Source: Candidatus Saccharimonadota bacterium
Lineage (GTDB): Bacteria; Pseudomonadota; Gammaproteobacteria; Enterobacterales; Enterobacteriaceae
Assembly (NCBI GenBank): GCA_041941795.1
Contig: CP145872.1
Location: 360,001-392,000 of the forward strand
Direction: 5' to 3'
DNA length: 32,000 bases
Part shown: piece by piece, positions 17,480 to 27,192 of the stretch
How positions within the stretch are numbered: the first letter of the stretch is position 1
How the letters are laid out: each line of letters starts with the position of its first letter
Position numbers and translations under genes: made by a program
The notes under the pieces: generated by a model
The model's input: the letters and a program-made list of their open reading frames with translations, nothing else
Database searches by the model: none
What the model was told of the DNA's origin: nothing

Positions 17480-20400
17480 CTACTGAATAAATGTATCTAA
17501 TGGTTCATTAATAGTAATTAAATGCGCATTACCACCTGCTGCGCTAGTATTAATACTGACAGATCGTTCTAATAGTAATCTTTCTAAAAAAATACGACTA
17601 TCCCCACTAGCATATCCATAAACTGGAATTATCTGTTGATTTATCCTCGCTATTTTTACACAAACTTCACACATTTGTTTAAGATCTCCATGATAAAGTA
17701 CTGTATCAAATAGAATAATGTCGCTAAAAATATTAGGAGTAAAATTAATTATATTTTTTACTTCTTGAGGAAGAGCTTGATATATTTTCTGATGAATTTC
17801 ATCTTGAAGCCATACTACTCTTCCTCCAGTACTCATCACGGCCGCTAATTGAATAAATATATCCTGTTGATTGAAGGCTAAACATAATATTCCTTTTCGA
17901 GGTAATAGAGAGTATGTATTATCCTCTCCAGTAGGTCCTTGAAGTAACAAAGTGGTTCCACATTCAGATAATTTTTCAAATTTTTGACAAATTTTAGCTA
18001 AATAGCTCACATGAGTAGTGACCCAGGACTTAAAAATTTGCTGTGAATAAAATAAATGTGACTTTGTCCTCTTAATTAAAGAAGAATGTTGTTTCTCATA
18101 ATCTGCTATTTGTAAAGATACAGCATCTTCAGGATAAGTAGAAAGAAGACGATATAAATATAAAGGTCCTCCGGCCTTGGGTCCAGTTCCTGAAAGTCCT
18201 TCTCCTCCAAATGGTTGGACTCCTACTACAGCACCTACTATATTCCGGTTAATATATAAATTTCCAATGTTTGCATGTGCATTAACTTTAGTAATAGTAT
18301 CATCAATACGTGTATGGAGACCTAGAGTCAAACCATATCCAGTATCATTTATGCTACTTATAATAGTAGGTAGACTATAACGATTAAAACGTACTATATG
18401 TAATACAGGCCCAAAAATTTCTGATTTTAATTCATTTATACTATTAATTTCTATCAAGGTAGGAGGTATAAAATGACCAATATTTGTGTTGCAAGCTGCA
18501 CTGCTTCCTAAAGAACTCTGGAAAATTTTATATTTTCTAGCGCGCATGGTATGAATATAAGATTCAATGTTCTTTTTAGAGGTTCTAGTTATTACGGGAC
18601 CAATATCAGTTTCCAGCTGATCAGGAGATCCTATGAGGTATTCTCTCATTGCACCTTGAAGCATATTTATAGTATATTCAGCTACGTCTTCTTGAATACA
18701 AAGTAAACGCAATGCTGAACACCTTTGACCAGCACTATCAAAAGCAGAATGAATTATATCTAGTACCACTTGTTCGGTCAGCGCCGAAGAATCAACAATC
18801 ATAGCATTAATTCCACCTGTTTCAGCTATTAACGGAATTGGTCTATTATATGTATCAACTCGACCGGCAATTATTTTTTGGATCGATGTGGCCACTACTG
18901 TAGATCCAGTAAACATAATCCCTCTTACTCGGCTATCTCTAATTAAATGAGAACCTACTTTACTACCTCTTCCAATTATAAGTTGTAACACATTTTGTGG
19001 AACCCCAGCTTGATACATAATTTTGACTACTTGGGCAGCAATCAAAGGTGTTTGTTCTGCGGGTTTTGCTAACACACTATTACCGACCGCTAAAGCAGCA
19101 GCAATTTGCCCCGTAAAAATAGCTAATGGAAAGTTCCATGGACTAATACAAACTACTATTCCAAGGGGAATATATAAATTATCAAATTTATTACGTATCT
19201 GACTAGAATAATAACGAAGAAAATCCACACCTTCCCGTACTTCTGCAATAGCATTACTGAAAGTTTTACCTGATTCGCGGATTAGAATACTTATCAATAA
19301 CAGCATTTGCTTTTCCATGATATTAGCTGCCTCCTCTAATATAGAGGCTCTTTTTTCACCCGAGTTTGTACTCCACCATTTATGCCATGATTTGTCTGCT
19401 TCTGTTAGTGCTAAATTAACTTCATGTTCATTAGCTTCACGCACATATCCTACAATGTCAGTAATATTAGCAGGATTGATAATAATCCGATCCTCTTTTT
19501 TATTGTTCGTTAAATATGATGATACATGTAGTAGAGGTTCTGCATACCAGCTAATGCGTCCAAGGGAAAATAAGTGCTTTCCTAATTTTGCTAACTGGTG
19601 GTGATTATTTAAATCCAATCCTCTGGAATTAAGACGACTTTTTCCGTACAAATATCTAGGAAGTGGAATGTTAGGATGTGACGCACCTACTATTCCTTCG
19701 CGGCGGGATATTTTTTCGACTATATCAACAGGATCCTCGATTAAGTGGTTAATTGAAATGGATCTATTTGCTAACTTATTTACAAAGGAAGTATTAGCTC
19801 CATTTTCTAATAAACGTCTTACTAAATACGCAAGTAACTTTTCATAACTACCTACCGGGGCATATATTCTACATGGTCTATTTAATCCCCCTTGGGAAAT
19901 GTTTCCTACTACTTGGTCATATAATTTTTCACACATTCCATGCAAACCTTGAAATTCATATTGTCCAGGATAGTAGTTCGAACCTGCTAAATGATAAATT
20001 GTTGCCATAGTCTGTGCATTATGAGTCGCAAATTGTGGGTAAATAAACTTGGGGACGGATAATAATTTACGTGCACATCCTATATAGGAAATATCAGTAT
20101 AAGCTTTACGAGTATAGACTGGGTAATCTTCATATCCTTCTATCTGACTCCATTTGATTTCACTATCCCAATAAGCACCTTTTACTAAACGAATCATCAG
20201 ACGGTGATTACTTCGATGAGCTAAATCAATGAGATGATCAATGAGAAATGGACATCTCTTTTGATATGATTGAATTACAAAACCTATTCCATTCCATTCC
20301 GCTAATTCTGGCTCAAAACATAGTTTTTCTAACAAATCAACTGATAATTCTAATCGATCTGCTTCTTCGGCATCAATATTAATACCTATGTCATATTGTT

Positions 20401-21328
20401 TAGCCAATAACATTAAAGATTTTAATAATGGATATAGTTCCTGCATAACGCGTTCACGTTGTCTATAATTATATCTTGGATGTAATGCAGATAGTTTAAT
20501 TGAAATACCCGGACCTTCATAAATTCCTCTCTTATTAGAGAACATACCAATTTTTTCAATGGCTTCTTGATAAGCCACAAAATATGATTGAGCATCTTTA
20601 GATGTCAGAGCTGCTTCTCCTAACATATCGTAGGAATATCTAAATCCCTTTGATTCTAAATCTATTGAATACGATAGTGCTTTCGAGATAGTTTCTCCTA
20701 TCACAAATTGTTTTCCAATCAATCTAATAGAAAAATCTATGATTTTTCTAATCAGAGGTTCACTACATTTACGTAAAATAGAATGTAACAAAGAGAATAA
20801 TTTATTATTACTAATGCTATCTTTCTCTAGTAACTTACCAGTTAGTAATAAACCCCAAGTAGCAGCATTGACAAAGAAGGAAGTACTTGCACCGAGATGT
20901 AATTTCCATTTACCTTTAGTAATCTTATCTCTGATAAGAGCAGTACGTGTATATGAGTCAGGTATTCGCAGAAGAGCTTCTGCTAGGCACATTAGTGCTA
21001 CTCCTTCTTCGGAAGAAAGGGAATATTCTTGTAATAACTGTTGAATAGAATTTCTTTGTCCAGATTTATTATGTTGCTCACGTACATTTTCTACTAATAT
21101 ATAAGCTAATTGTTTAATTTTATTTTTAAGTTCTGAATCAAGACGGGCTTGTTCAAGTAATATAGGAATAGCTTGAGTTTCTGGTATTCTCCAGGCATCA
21201 GTTATTACTTTTCTACTATTGGCATATGGCATTAATTTGCTAGAAAAATTACTAAAAGGAAAATATTTTTCTTCCAGTGTCTCATCTTTTCCTATTAGAT
21301 CTAAAATGTGTGAAAATGATTCCACCAA
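17480..21328 (-). CDS. putA: Bifunctional proline dehydrogenase / L-glutamate-gamma-semialdehyde (P5C) dehydrogenase PutA; the N-terminal DNA-binding domain appears absent
   Basis: 1282 aa. [83 protein letters not shown] and [26 protein letters not shown] are colinear with E. coli PutA (1320 aa, from memory). TTG start at 21328 (or GTG at 21325), with an in-frame TAA 10 codons upstream. Confidence 0.95.
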   Translation of the reverse strand: MVESFSHILDLIGKDETLEEKYFPFSNFSSKLMPYANSRKVITDAWRIPETQAIPILLEQARLDSELKNKIKQLAYILVENVREQHNKSGQRNSIQQLLQEYSLSSEEGVALMCLAEALLRIPDSYTRTALIRDKITKGKWKLHLGASTSFFVNAATWGLLLTGKLLEKDSISNNKLFSLLHSILRKCSEPLIRKIIDFSIRLIGKQFVIGETISKALSYSIDLESKGFRYSYDMLGEAALTSKDAQSYFVAYQEAIEKIGMFSNKRGIYEGPGISIKLSALHPRYNYRQRERVMQELYPLLKSLMLLAKQYDIGINIDAEEADRLELSVDLLEKLCFEPELAEWNGIGFVIQSYQKRCPFLIDHLIDLAHRSNHRLMIRLVKGAYWDSEIKWSQIEGYEDYPVYTRKAYTDISYIGCARKLLSVPKFIYPQFATHNAQTMATIYHLAGSNYYPGQYEFQGLHGMCEKLYDQVVGNISQGGLNRPCRIYAPVGSYEKLLAYLVRRLLENGANTSFVNKLANRSISINHLIEDPVDIVEKISRREGIVGASHPNIPLPRYLYGKSRLNSRGLDLNNHHQLAKLGKHLFSLGRISWYAEPLLHVSSYLTNNKKEDRIIINPANITDIVGYVREANEHEVNLALTEADKSWHKWWSTNSGEKRASILEEAANIMEKQMLLLISILIRESGKTFSNAIAEVREGVDFLRYYSSQIRNKFDNLYIPLGIVVCISPWNFPLAIFTGQIAAALAVGNSVLAKPAEQTPLIAAQVVKIMYQAGVPQNVLQLIIGRGSKVGSHLIRDSRVRGIMFTGSTVVATSIQKIIAGRVDTYNRPIPLIAETGGINAMIVDSSALTEQVVLDIIHSAFDSAGQRCSALRLLCIQEDVAEYTINMLQGAMREYLIGSPDQLETDIGPVITRTSKKNIESYIHTMRARKYKIFQSSLGSSAACNTNIGHFIPPTLIEINSINELKSEIFGPVLHIVRFNRYSLPTIISSINDTGYGLTLGLHTRIDDTITKVNAHANIGNLYINRNIVGAVVGVQPFGGEGLSGTGPKAGGPLYLYRLLSTYPEDAVSLQIADYEKQHSSLIKRTKSHLFYSQQIFKSWVTTHVSYLAKICQKFEKLSECGTTLLLQGPTGEDNTYSLLPRKGILCLAFNQQDIFIQLAAVMSTGGRVVWLQDEIHQKIYQALPQEVKNIINFTPNIFSDIILFDTVLYHGDLKQMCEVCVKIARINQQIIPVYGYASGDSRIFLERLLLERSVSINTSAAGGNAHLITINEPLDTFIQ

Positions 21329-21461
21329 TCTCTTTCCTTTTTTGGTTATAAAACATTATATATATTCTATATACTGATTATTAGTCAATTGAATAACTAA
21401 TTCTAGTTATTTTACCATAGAAAGCTTCTATAGAAGAGAAGATATTCATGAATATTTACTA

Positions 21462-21487
21462 AATACCTCTCTATAAAGAGAGGTATT
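21462..21487. repeat. Inverted repeat aatacctctct-ataa-agagaggtatt in the putA-putP divergent spacer
   Basis: 11-bp perfect arms with a 4-nt loop, checked by hand. It lies 134 bp upstream of the putA start and 313 bp upstream of the putP start. Function unknown. Confidence 0.5.
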
Positions 21488-21799
21488 AAATAATTCCTAC
21501 TTATTAGATAAGTTTTACTTGATAAGTAATTAATTTACCTTATAAATTAGGGTATGAGGATTAATATAAAAATTATTAAAGATTATTTTATTAGTTTTTA
21601 AAGAAAGGCTCAATAACTGGAATAATAAAAATCAATACTTTTAAATCTATAAATTTTATATTTAGAAAATATTTTAATTTTTAGTCAGCGATTTCCTCCT
21701 AGATAAGAACAAGCCGTAAAAATGATTACTAAGTAATTTAGAAATTAGGAATCAAATTGTTGTCCCTTAGAAAATTAAAAATAATAATGGAGATTATTA

Positions 21800-23263
21800 A
21801 TGATCATAAGCAGATCAATGTTAGTAACTTTTTTAATTTATATTATGATCATTACTGCTATTGGTTTTATAGCATGGAAGTCAACGAAAAATTTCGAAGA
21901 CTATATTTTAGGAGGACGCAAACTAGGACCTTTAGTGACTGCTTTATCCGCAGGAGCATCGGATATGAGTGGATGGTTATTAATGGGACTTCCCGGAGCG
22001 GTTTTAATATCCGGAATATCAGAAAGTTGGATAGCAATTGGTCTAGCTATAGGTGCCTATCTGAATTGGAAATTAGTAGCAGGAAGATTACTCATTCATA
22101 TTAAACATAATAATAATGCCATTACTTTACCCGATTATTTTGCTTATCGTTTTGATGACAAAGAACAGTTATTACGACTAACTTCTACATTAATAATACT
22201 AATCTTTTTTACAATCTATTGTGCTTCAGGAATAGTAGCGGGAGCACGACTTTTTGAAACTACTTTTGGCCTAAATTATTTTATTTCCCTTTTCGTGACA
22301 GCTTCGGCCACTATTCTTTATACTTTTATGGGAGGATTTTTAGCTATAAGTTGGACTGCTACGATCCAAGCTAGTCTCATGATGGTTGCATTAATTTTAA
22401 CTCCTCTTATCTTGATAAGAAATAATGGGGGCATTTTGACCTCTCTACATACCATTGCAATTAAAAATATTGACCAACTTAATATGCTGCATGGTCTCAG
22501 TAGTATAGCTATTATATCATTACTTAGTTGGGGACTCGGATACTTCGGACAACCTCATATTCTAGCACGTTTTATGGCTGCCGATTCTCAATCTACTATT
22601 AAAAATGCTCGGCGGATAGGCATGATATGGATGATTTTATGCTTAAGTGGAGTTATTTCCATTGGTTTTTTTTCTATTGCTTTTTTTCAAAAATATCCAG
22701 ATCTCTCTCCGGCAGTGGGAGAAAATAGTGAAAGAGTATTTCTAGAATTAACACGGTTGCTATTTCATCCATGGATTGCTGGCATTATACTAGCAGCAAT
22801 TTTAGCGGCAGTAATGTCTACGCTTAGTGGGCAGTTATTAGTATGTGCTAGTGCTTTAACCAAAGATATATATAAATCCTTTTTCAGAAAAGATGCTAGT
22901 CAATCTGAAATGGTATTGGTCGGTAGACTCATGGTATTATTAGTATCGTTAATTTCTATTATTATTGCTTTTAATCCTACTAATCGAGTATTGGGATTAG
23001 TAAGTTATGCTTGGGCTGGTTTAGGAGCATCTTTTGGTCCAGTAGTATTATTGTCAGTTAGATGGTCACGTATGACCCGTAATGGTGCACTATCCGGTAT
23101 GCTTATAGGTACCACTACTGTAGTAGTATGGAAGTACTATTCTTGGTTAGGAATATATGAGATTATTCCGGGATTTATATTATCCAGCATTGCTATTATA
23201 GTGGTTAGCTTATTAGATTATCAGTCTTGTTCTAAGAACAAACAGAGATTTATAAAAGCTTAA
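21800..23263 (+). CDS. putP: Sodium/proline symporter
   Basis: 487 aa. FIAWKSTKNFEDYILGGRKLGPLVTALSAGASDMSGWLLMGLPGAV and GYFGQPHILARFMAADS are near-identical to E. coli PutP. GGAG lies 8 nt upstream of the ATG. Confidence 0.95.
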   Translation: MIISRSMLVTFLIYIMIITAIGFIAWKSTKNFEDYILGGRKLGPLVTALSAGASDMSGWLLMGLPGAVLISGISESWIAIGLAIGAYLNWKLVAGRLLIHIKHNNNAITLPDYFAYRFDDKEQLLRLTSTLIILIFFTIYCASGIVAGARLFETTFGLNYFISLFVTASATILYTFMGGFLAISWTATIQASLMMVALILTPLILIRNNGGILTSLHTIAIKNIDQLNMLHGLSSIAIISLLSWGLGYFGQPHILARFMAADSQSTIKNARRIGMIWMILCLSGVISIGFFSIAFFQKYPDLSPAVGENSERVFLELTRLLFHPWIAGIILAAILAAVMSTLSGQLLVCASALTKDIYKSFFRKDASQSEMVLVGRLMVLLVSLISIIIAFNPTNRVLGLVSYAWAGLGASFGPVVLLSVRWSRMTRNGALSGMLIGTTTVVVWKYYSWLGIYEIIPGFILSSIAIIVVSLLDYQSCSKNKQRFIKA

Positions 23264-23344
23264 TCTATCTCACTATGAATATCCTAATTCACTCTAAATA
23301 AAGAGGAGATATATCTCTAGTTTAGGAGTGCTAAAAAAATATAA

Positions 23345-23432
23345 CGGTGAGAGAGGGATTCGAACCCTCGATACGCAATTTACGTATACATGCTTTCCAG
23401 GCATGCTCCTTTATCCTCTCGGACACCTCACC
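23345..23432 (-). tRNA. serW: tRNA-Ser (anticodon GGA), class II; 3' CCA not encoded
   Basis: The reverse complement is ggtgaggtgtccgagaggataaaggagcatgcctGGAaagcatgtatacgtaaattgcgtatcgagggttcgaatccctctctcaccg, colinear with E. coli serW/serX (GGTGAGGTGTCCGAG...GCCTGGAAAG...GGTTCGAATCC...CTCACCGCCA). After the discriminator G the genome reads tta, not cca. Confidence 0.9.
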
Positions 23433-23477
23433 ACAAAAGTTTAATAAAAATTGTGAATATTTTATATTAAAAGGTAG

Positions 23478-25211
23478 TTACATTCTATCTATGGTTGCAA
23501 TACCTAAGGTATCTAATCCTTGTTGTAAAGTTCTAAATAATAAAATTACTAATTTTAATCTACTTTTGCGCATTAACTCATCTGATAAGTTAATAATAGG
23601 ACACTGTTCATAAAAATGTGAAAATAAATTTGCTAAATTATAAAGATAATTACACATTAGATGTGGAAGTCCAGACCCAGCTACCTTATTTAGAGTTTCC
23701 TCGAATTGTAGCAACCGTACTCCTAAAAGAAATTCCACTTTATTGAAAAAGTGGATACTTATATTAGTTAAACTTTCTTCTGGAATTTTAGCTTTACGAA
23801 AGAGAGATAGAGCTCGAGTGTATGCATATTGTATGTAGGGAGCAGTATTTCCTTCGAAGGATAACATTTGATCCCAATCAAAGACATAATTAGTCAGGCG
23901 ATTTTTGGACAAATCTGCATACTTAAGAGCACCAATGCCAATAATATTAGCAATTTTGAGTTGTTCTTCTGAGGAAAGCAAAGAAGTTTTAGCTTGAACT
24001 AAATCCAAGGCTCTGGATATTGCTTCATCTAATAAAGATGATAATTTAATAATTTTTCCTTTTCTAGTTTGAAAAGGTTTTTTATCTTTCGTTAACATCA
24101 TACCAAACATGTGATGCTCTAATGAAACTGTGGACGGAACATACCCAGCTTTACGCACTATAGACCATACTTGCATTAAGTGTTGATTCTGCCGCGAATC
24201 TATATAGTAAATAATTCGATCGGCATGTAAATGTTCATAACGAAATTTTATACAGGCGATATCCGTAGTGGTATATAAATATCCCCCATCTTTCTTTTGG
24301 ATGATAACTCCCATGGAATTGCCATTTTTATTTTTGAATTCAGGGAGAAAAACTACCGTCGCACCATTACTATTGACCGCTAGTCCTTTTGATTTTAGAT
24401 CATTCACGATACTAGGTAACATACCATTATATATGCTTTCACCCATTACATCACGAGTAGTCAGACTGACATTAAGTCTCTTATAGATATTCTGATTTTC
24501 CGATATAGTAATATTTACGATTTTTTTCCACCAAGCACGACATTCGGCATTTCCTTGTTGTAACTTTACTACATAATGTCTAGCTAACTCTGCAAAAACC
24601 GGATCTGTTTCATAATGATGTTTAGCTTCACAATAAAAATATTCTAAACTATCTAGATCTAGATCATCATGATAATGATGATTTTTGTTTTTTAACAAAG
24701 CAATTAACATTCCAAATTGTAATCCCCAATCACCTATATGATTAGCACGAATAACATTATGACCTAAGAAAGATAAGGTGCGAACGGTAGCATCTCCAAT
24801 TATAGTTGAACGAAGATGACCTACATGCATTTCTTTGGCTACATTTGGTCCTGAGTAATCAATTACTACTGTTTGTGGTTTTTGAACCGGTAGAATACCG
24901 AGTCGGGAAGATGAGAGCATCTTATCTAAGAGATGAGCTATCCAGGCAATATTCAAATAAATATTTATATAACCCATTTGGGAAATTTCTATTTTTTTAG
25001 CAAAAAAAGTCATCTTTAAGTTTGAAACAATTTGGTTGGCTATCTCCTCTGGTAATTTATGTAAAGATTTTGCCAGAGATATAACATTAACCTGATAATC
25101 TCCAAAGTGGGATTTAGTAGCAGGCATTACTTGAATTTTATGTTCTTTAGGTATTCCTGATGAGATCAGGGCCGTACGAATTTTATCGGCAATAAATCTT
25201 TGAAGATTCAT
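23478..25211 (-). CDS. argS: Arginine--tRNA ligase
   Basis: 577 aa, the same length as E. coli Arg[27 protein letters not shown] (HIGH region), [16 protein letters not shown] and the C-terminal LGIATIDRM match. Confidence 0.95.
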   Translation of the reverse strand: MNLQRFIADKIRTALISSGIPKEHKIQVMPATKSHFGDYQVNVISLAKSLHKLPEEIANQIVSNLKMTFFAKKIEISQMGYINIYLNIAWIAHLLDKMLSSSRLGILPVQKPQTVVIDYSGPNVAKEMHVGHLRSTIIGDATVRTLSFLGHNVIRANHIGDWGLQFGMLIALLKNKNHHYHDDLDLDSLEYFYCEAKHHYETDPVFAELARHYVVKLQQGNAECRAWWKKIVNITISENQNIYKRLNVSLTTRDVMGESIYNGMLPSIVNDLKSKGLAVNSNGATVVFLPEFKNKNGNSMGVIIQKKDGGYLYTTTDIACIKFRYEHLHADRIIYYIDSRQNQHLMQVWSIVRKAGYVPSTVSLEHHMFGMMLTKDKKPFQTRKGKIIKLSSLLDEAISRALDLVQAKTSLLSSEEQLKIANIIGIGALKYADLSKNRLTNYVFDWDQMLSFEGNTAPYIQYAYTRALSLFRKAKIPEESLTNISIHFFNKVEFLLGVRLLQFEETLNKVAGSGLPHLMCNYLYNLANLFSHFYEQCPIINLSDELMRKSRLKLVILLFRTLQQGLDTLGIATIDRM

Positions 25212-25270
25212 GAATTTTAACTATTTTAGAGGTATATTATTTGTTGACGATCTCTGCAGTTAAATAATAA

Positions 25271-26239
25271 TTATTTTATTGCTAGAATTATAGCACGTAA
25301 TGGAGCAGGATATCCCTCCACAGTTTTAGAGTCATCTTTTGGATCCAGAAAATCCGATAAAGAGTAAATATTAGCCCATTTAGTACGACGTTGTTCGTTC
25401 ACAGTAGTAATTTGTAAATCTACCACGCGAATATTTTTGAATCCACAACGATGTAACCATATTTTAATAATGTTAGGAGAGGGAATAAACCAAACATTAC
25501 GCATATTGGCATACCTATCTATTGGAAATAAACCCTGAGGTATATCGTTGGGTACAACTAGAGTTTCTAATATTAATTCTCCTCCAGCAATTAATTGATT
25601 TTTGAGGTTTTGGAGATGATCTAAAGGAGATCTTCGATGATATAAAATACCCATTGAAAAAACAGTATCAAAAACAGCAAGTGGAGGTAACTGATCACTC
25701 CCAATTGGTAAGAGATGAACTGACTTTTTATTGCCTATTAACTTTTTAATGGCTTCAAACTGAAAATAAAATAATTTACTGGGATCTATGCCGACTACGA
25801 ATTTAGCCCCTGCACCTATCATACGCCATAGATAATAACCGTTTCCACAGCCCACATCTAGAACCATGCGATTATTAAGTGAAGATATATGTTTAAAGAG
25901 ACGATTCCATTTAAAATCTGAACGCCATTCCGAATCAATATTTATCCCATAAATATAAAATGGTCCTTTTCTCCAAGGCGTTAAATGCTTGAGAAGATTT
26001 TCTATCTTATTTCGTTCATCAGGATTTAGTAATTGACTGCTAGCACTAATACCTTCTTGTAAATTTAATTGGTCAGGTATCATTAAGGGTAATTTTTGTA
26101 CACTATTGTACCATTTTTGTGTTATACCACTATATTTTTGACGCTGAAATTGCGCTAGTAAAGCGGGTAATGTTTCTAACCATCTATTAAGTAATGGAAA
26201 GTAGATAATATCCTGAAAAAAAGATGTAAAATTTATCAT
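25271..26239 (-). CDS. cmoB: tRNA U34 carboxymethyltransferase
   Basis: 322 aa. PWRKGPFYIYGINIDSEWRSDFKWNR, LDVGCGNGYYLWRMIGAGA and FSMGILYHRRSPLDHL are colinear with E. coli CmoB. It lies 10 bp downstream of cmoA, as in the E. coli operon. Confidence 0.9.
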   Translation of the reverse strand: MINFTSFFQDIIYFPLLNRWLETLPALLAQFQRQKYSGITQKWYNSVQKLPLMIPDQLNLQEGISASSQLLNPDERNKIENLLKHLTPWRKGPFYIYGINIDSEWRSDFKWNRLFKHISSLNNRMVLDVGCGNGYYLWRMIGAGAKFVVGIDPSKLFYFQFEAIKKLIGNKKSVHLLPIGSDQLPPLAVFDTVFSMGILYHRRSPLDHLQNLKNQLIAGGELILETLVVPNDIPQGLFPIDRYANMRNVWFIPSPNIIKIWLHRCGFKNIRVVDLQITTVNEQRRTKWANIYSLSDFLDPKDDSKTVEGYPAPLRAIILAIK

Positions 26240-26249
26240 AGTACTTTAT

Positions 26250-26987
26250 TTAATATTTGAGAGCTATTAAAGATCCAAAGTTCAAATATTGAAACCAGAG
26301 TTCTACATGTGTAAAACCAATAGAAAAGAGTATTTTTTTATGATTTTCTATACTTTCCGTCAGCAAAACCTTTTCGATAATTTGTCTTTTTTGATTAATT
26401 TCTAATTGGCTATACCCATTAGACAATTTGAAATTATGATGCATATCAAAGAAAAGTGTCTGGATTTCATGATCATCAAAATGAAATTTTTCCGACAAAA
26501 TCAAGACTCCTCCGGTTTTTAGTCCTCTATAAATAGATTGTAAAATCTGCTGACGTTTCCCCAGAGATAAAAATTGTAAAGTAAAATTCAATACTACCAT
26601 TGAAGCATTTACAATGGTAACATCACATATATCGGCTTCAATAATATTGATGATATTATCATAAGTAATTACCTGTTGTAAATTTTTTTTACAATGAGCA
26701 ATCATGGCAGGTGAATTGTCAATAGCAATGAGGGTACAATTAGTAGCTTTTAGGTTCTTTATAATACAAGACGTTACAGTACCGTAAGAACATCCTAAAT
26801 CATAAATATATGTATGAGAAGTAACAAACTCTTGAGAAAATTTTCCTATCATAGAAGTTATGATAGAATAACCGGGAACTGAACGAGTAATCATATCTGG
26901 AAAAACATCAGCCACCTGTTGATCAAATTGCCACTGATTAAGATGTAACATAGGTAATGAAAAGATTTTATCTTTCCGACAGGACAT
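26250..26987 (-). CDS. cmoA: Carboxy-S-adenosyl-L-methionine synthase
   Basis: VADVFPDMITRSVPGYS, YDLGCSYG, IAIDNSPAMI, VVLNFTLQFL and NGYSQLEINQKR match E. coli CmoA (247 aa). I prefer the ATG at 26987 (MSCRKDKIFS..., 245 aa, AAGGA upstream) over the TTG at 27062 in the ORF track. The longer version adds 25 residues with no homologous counterpart. Confidence 0.85.
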   Translation of the reverse strand: MSCRKDKIFSLPMLHLNQWQFDQQVADVFPDMITRSVPGYSIITSMIGKFSQEFVTSHTYIYDLGCSYGTVTSCIIKNLKATNCTLIAIDNSPAMIAHCKKNLQQVITYDNIINIIEADICDVTIVNASMVVLNFTLQFLSLGKRQQILQSIYRGLKTGGVLILSEKFHFDDHEIQTLFFDMHHNFKLSNGYSQLEINQKRQIIEKVLLTESIENHKKILFSIGFTHVELWFQYLNFGSLIALKY

Positions 26988-27192
26988 AAAATTGTGTTCC
27001 TTAAATATAACCTTTTTTGTTAAAAACAGGGAGTCGGTATTATTAAAAATAGTATTTACCAAAAATTCTTTAGGTCTAATATGACTTATTATATAAATAA
27101 ATATTTTATCTCTCTTACTACAGAGTCAGAAAATATATAATAAATTTAAAATTCTAAAATAGATATCTAATTGTAGAGAAAGGAAATTATTT

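Noticed and set aside
18177-21044. Three antisense ORFs inside putA (18177-18380, 19317-19604, 20739-21044)
   Set aside because: They are shadow ORFs opposite a strongly supported 1282-aa gene. They have no SD and no homology.
23347-23613. 88-aa ORF on the plus strand
   Set aside because: It reads antisense through tRNA-Ser(GGA) and into the 3' end of argS, so it is spurious.
24268-25000. Antisense ORFs inside argS (24268-24486, 24806-25000)
   Set aside because: Shadow ORFs opposite a conserved gene.
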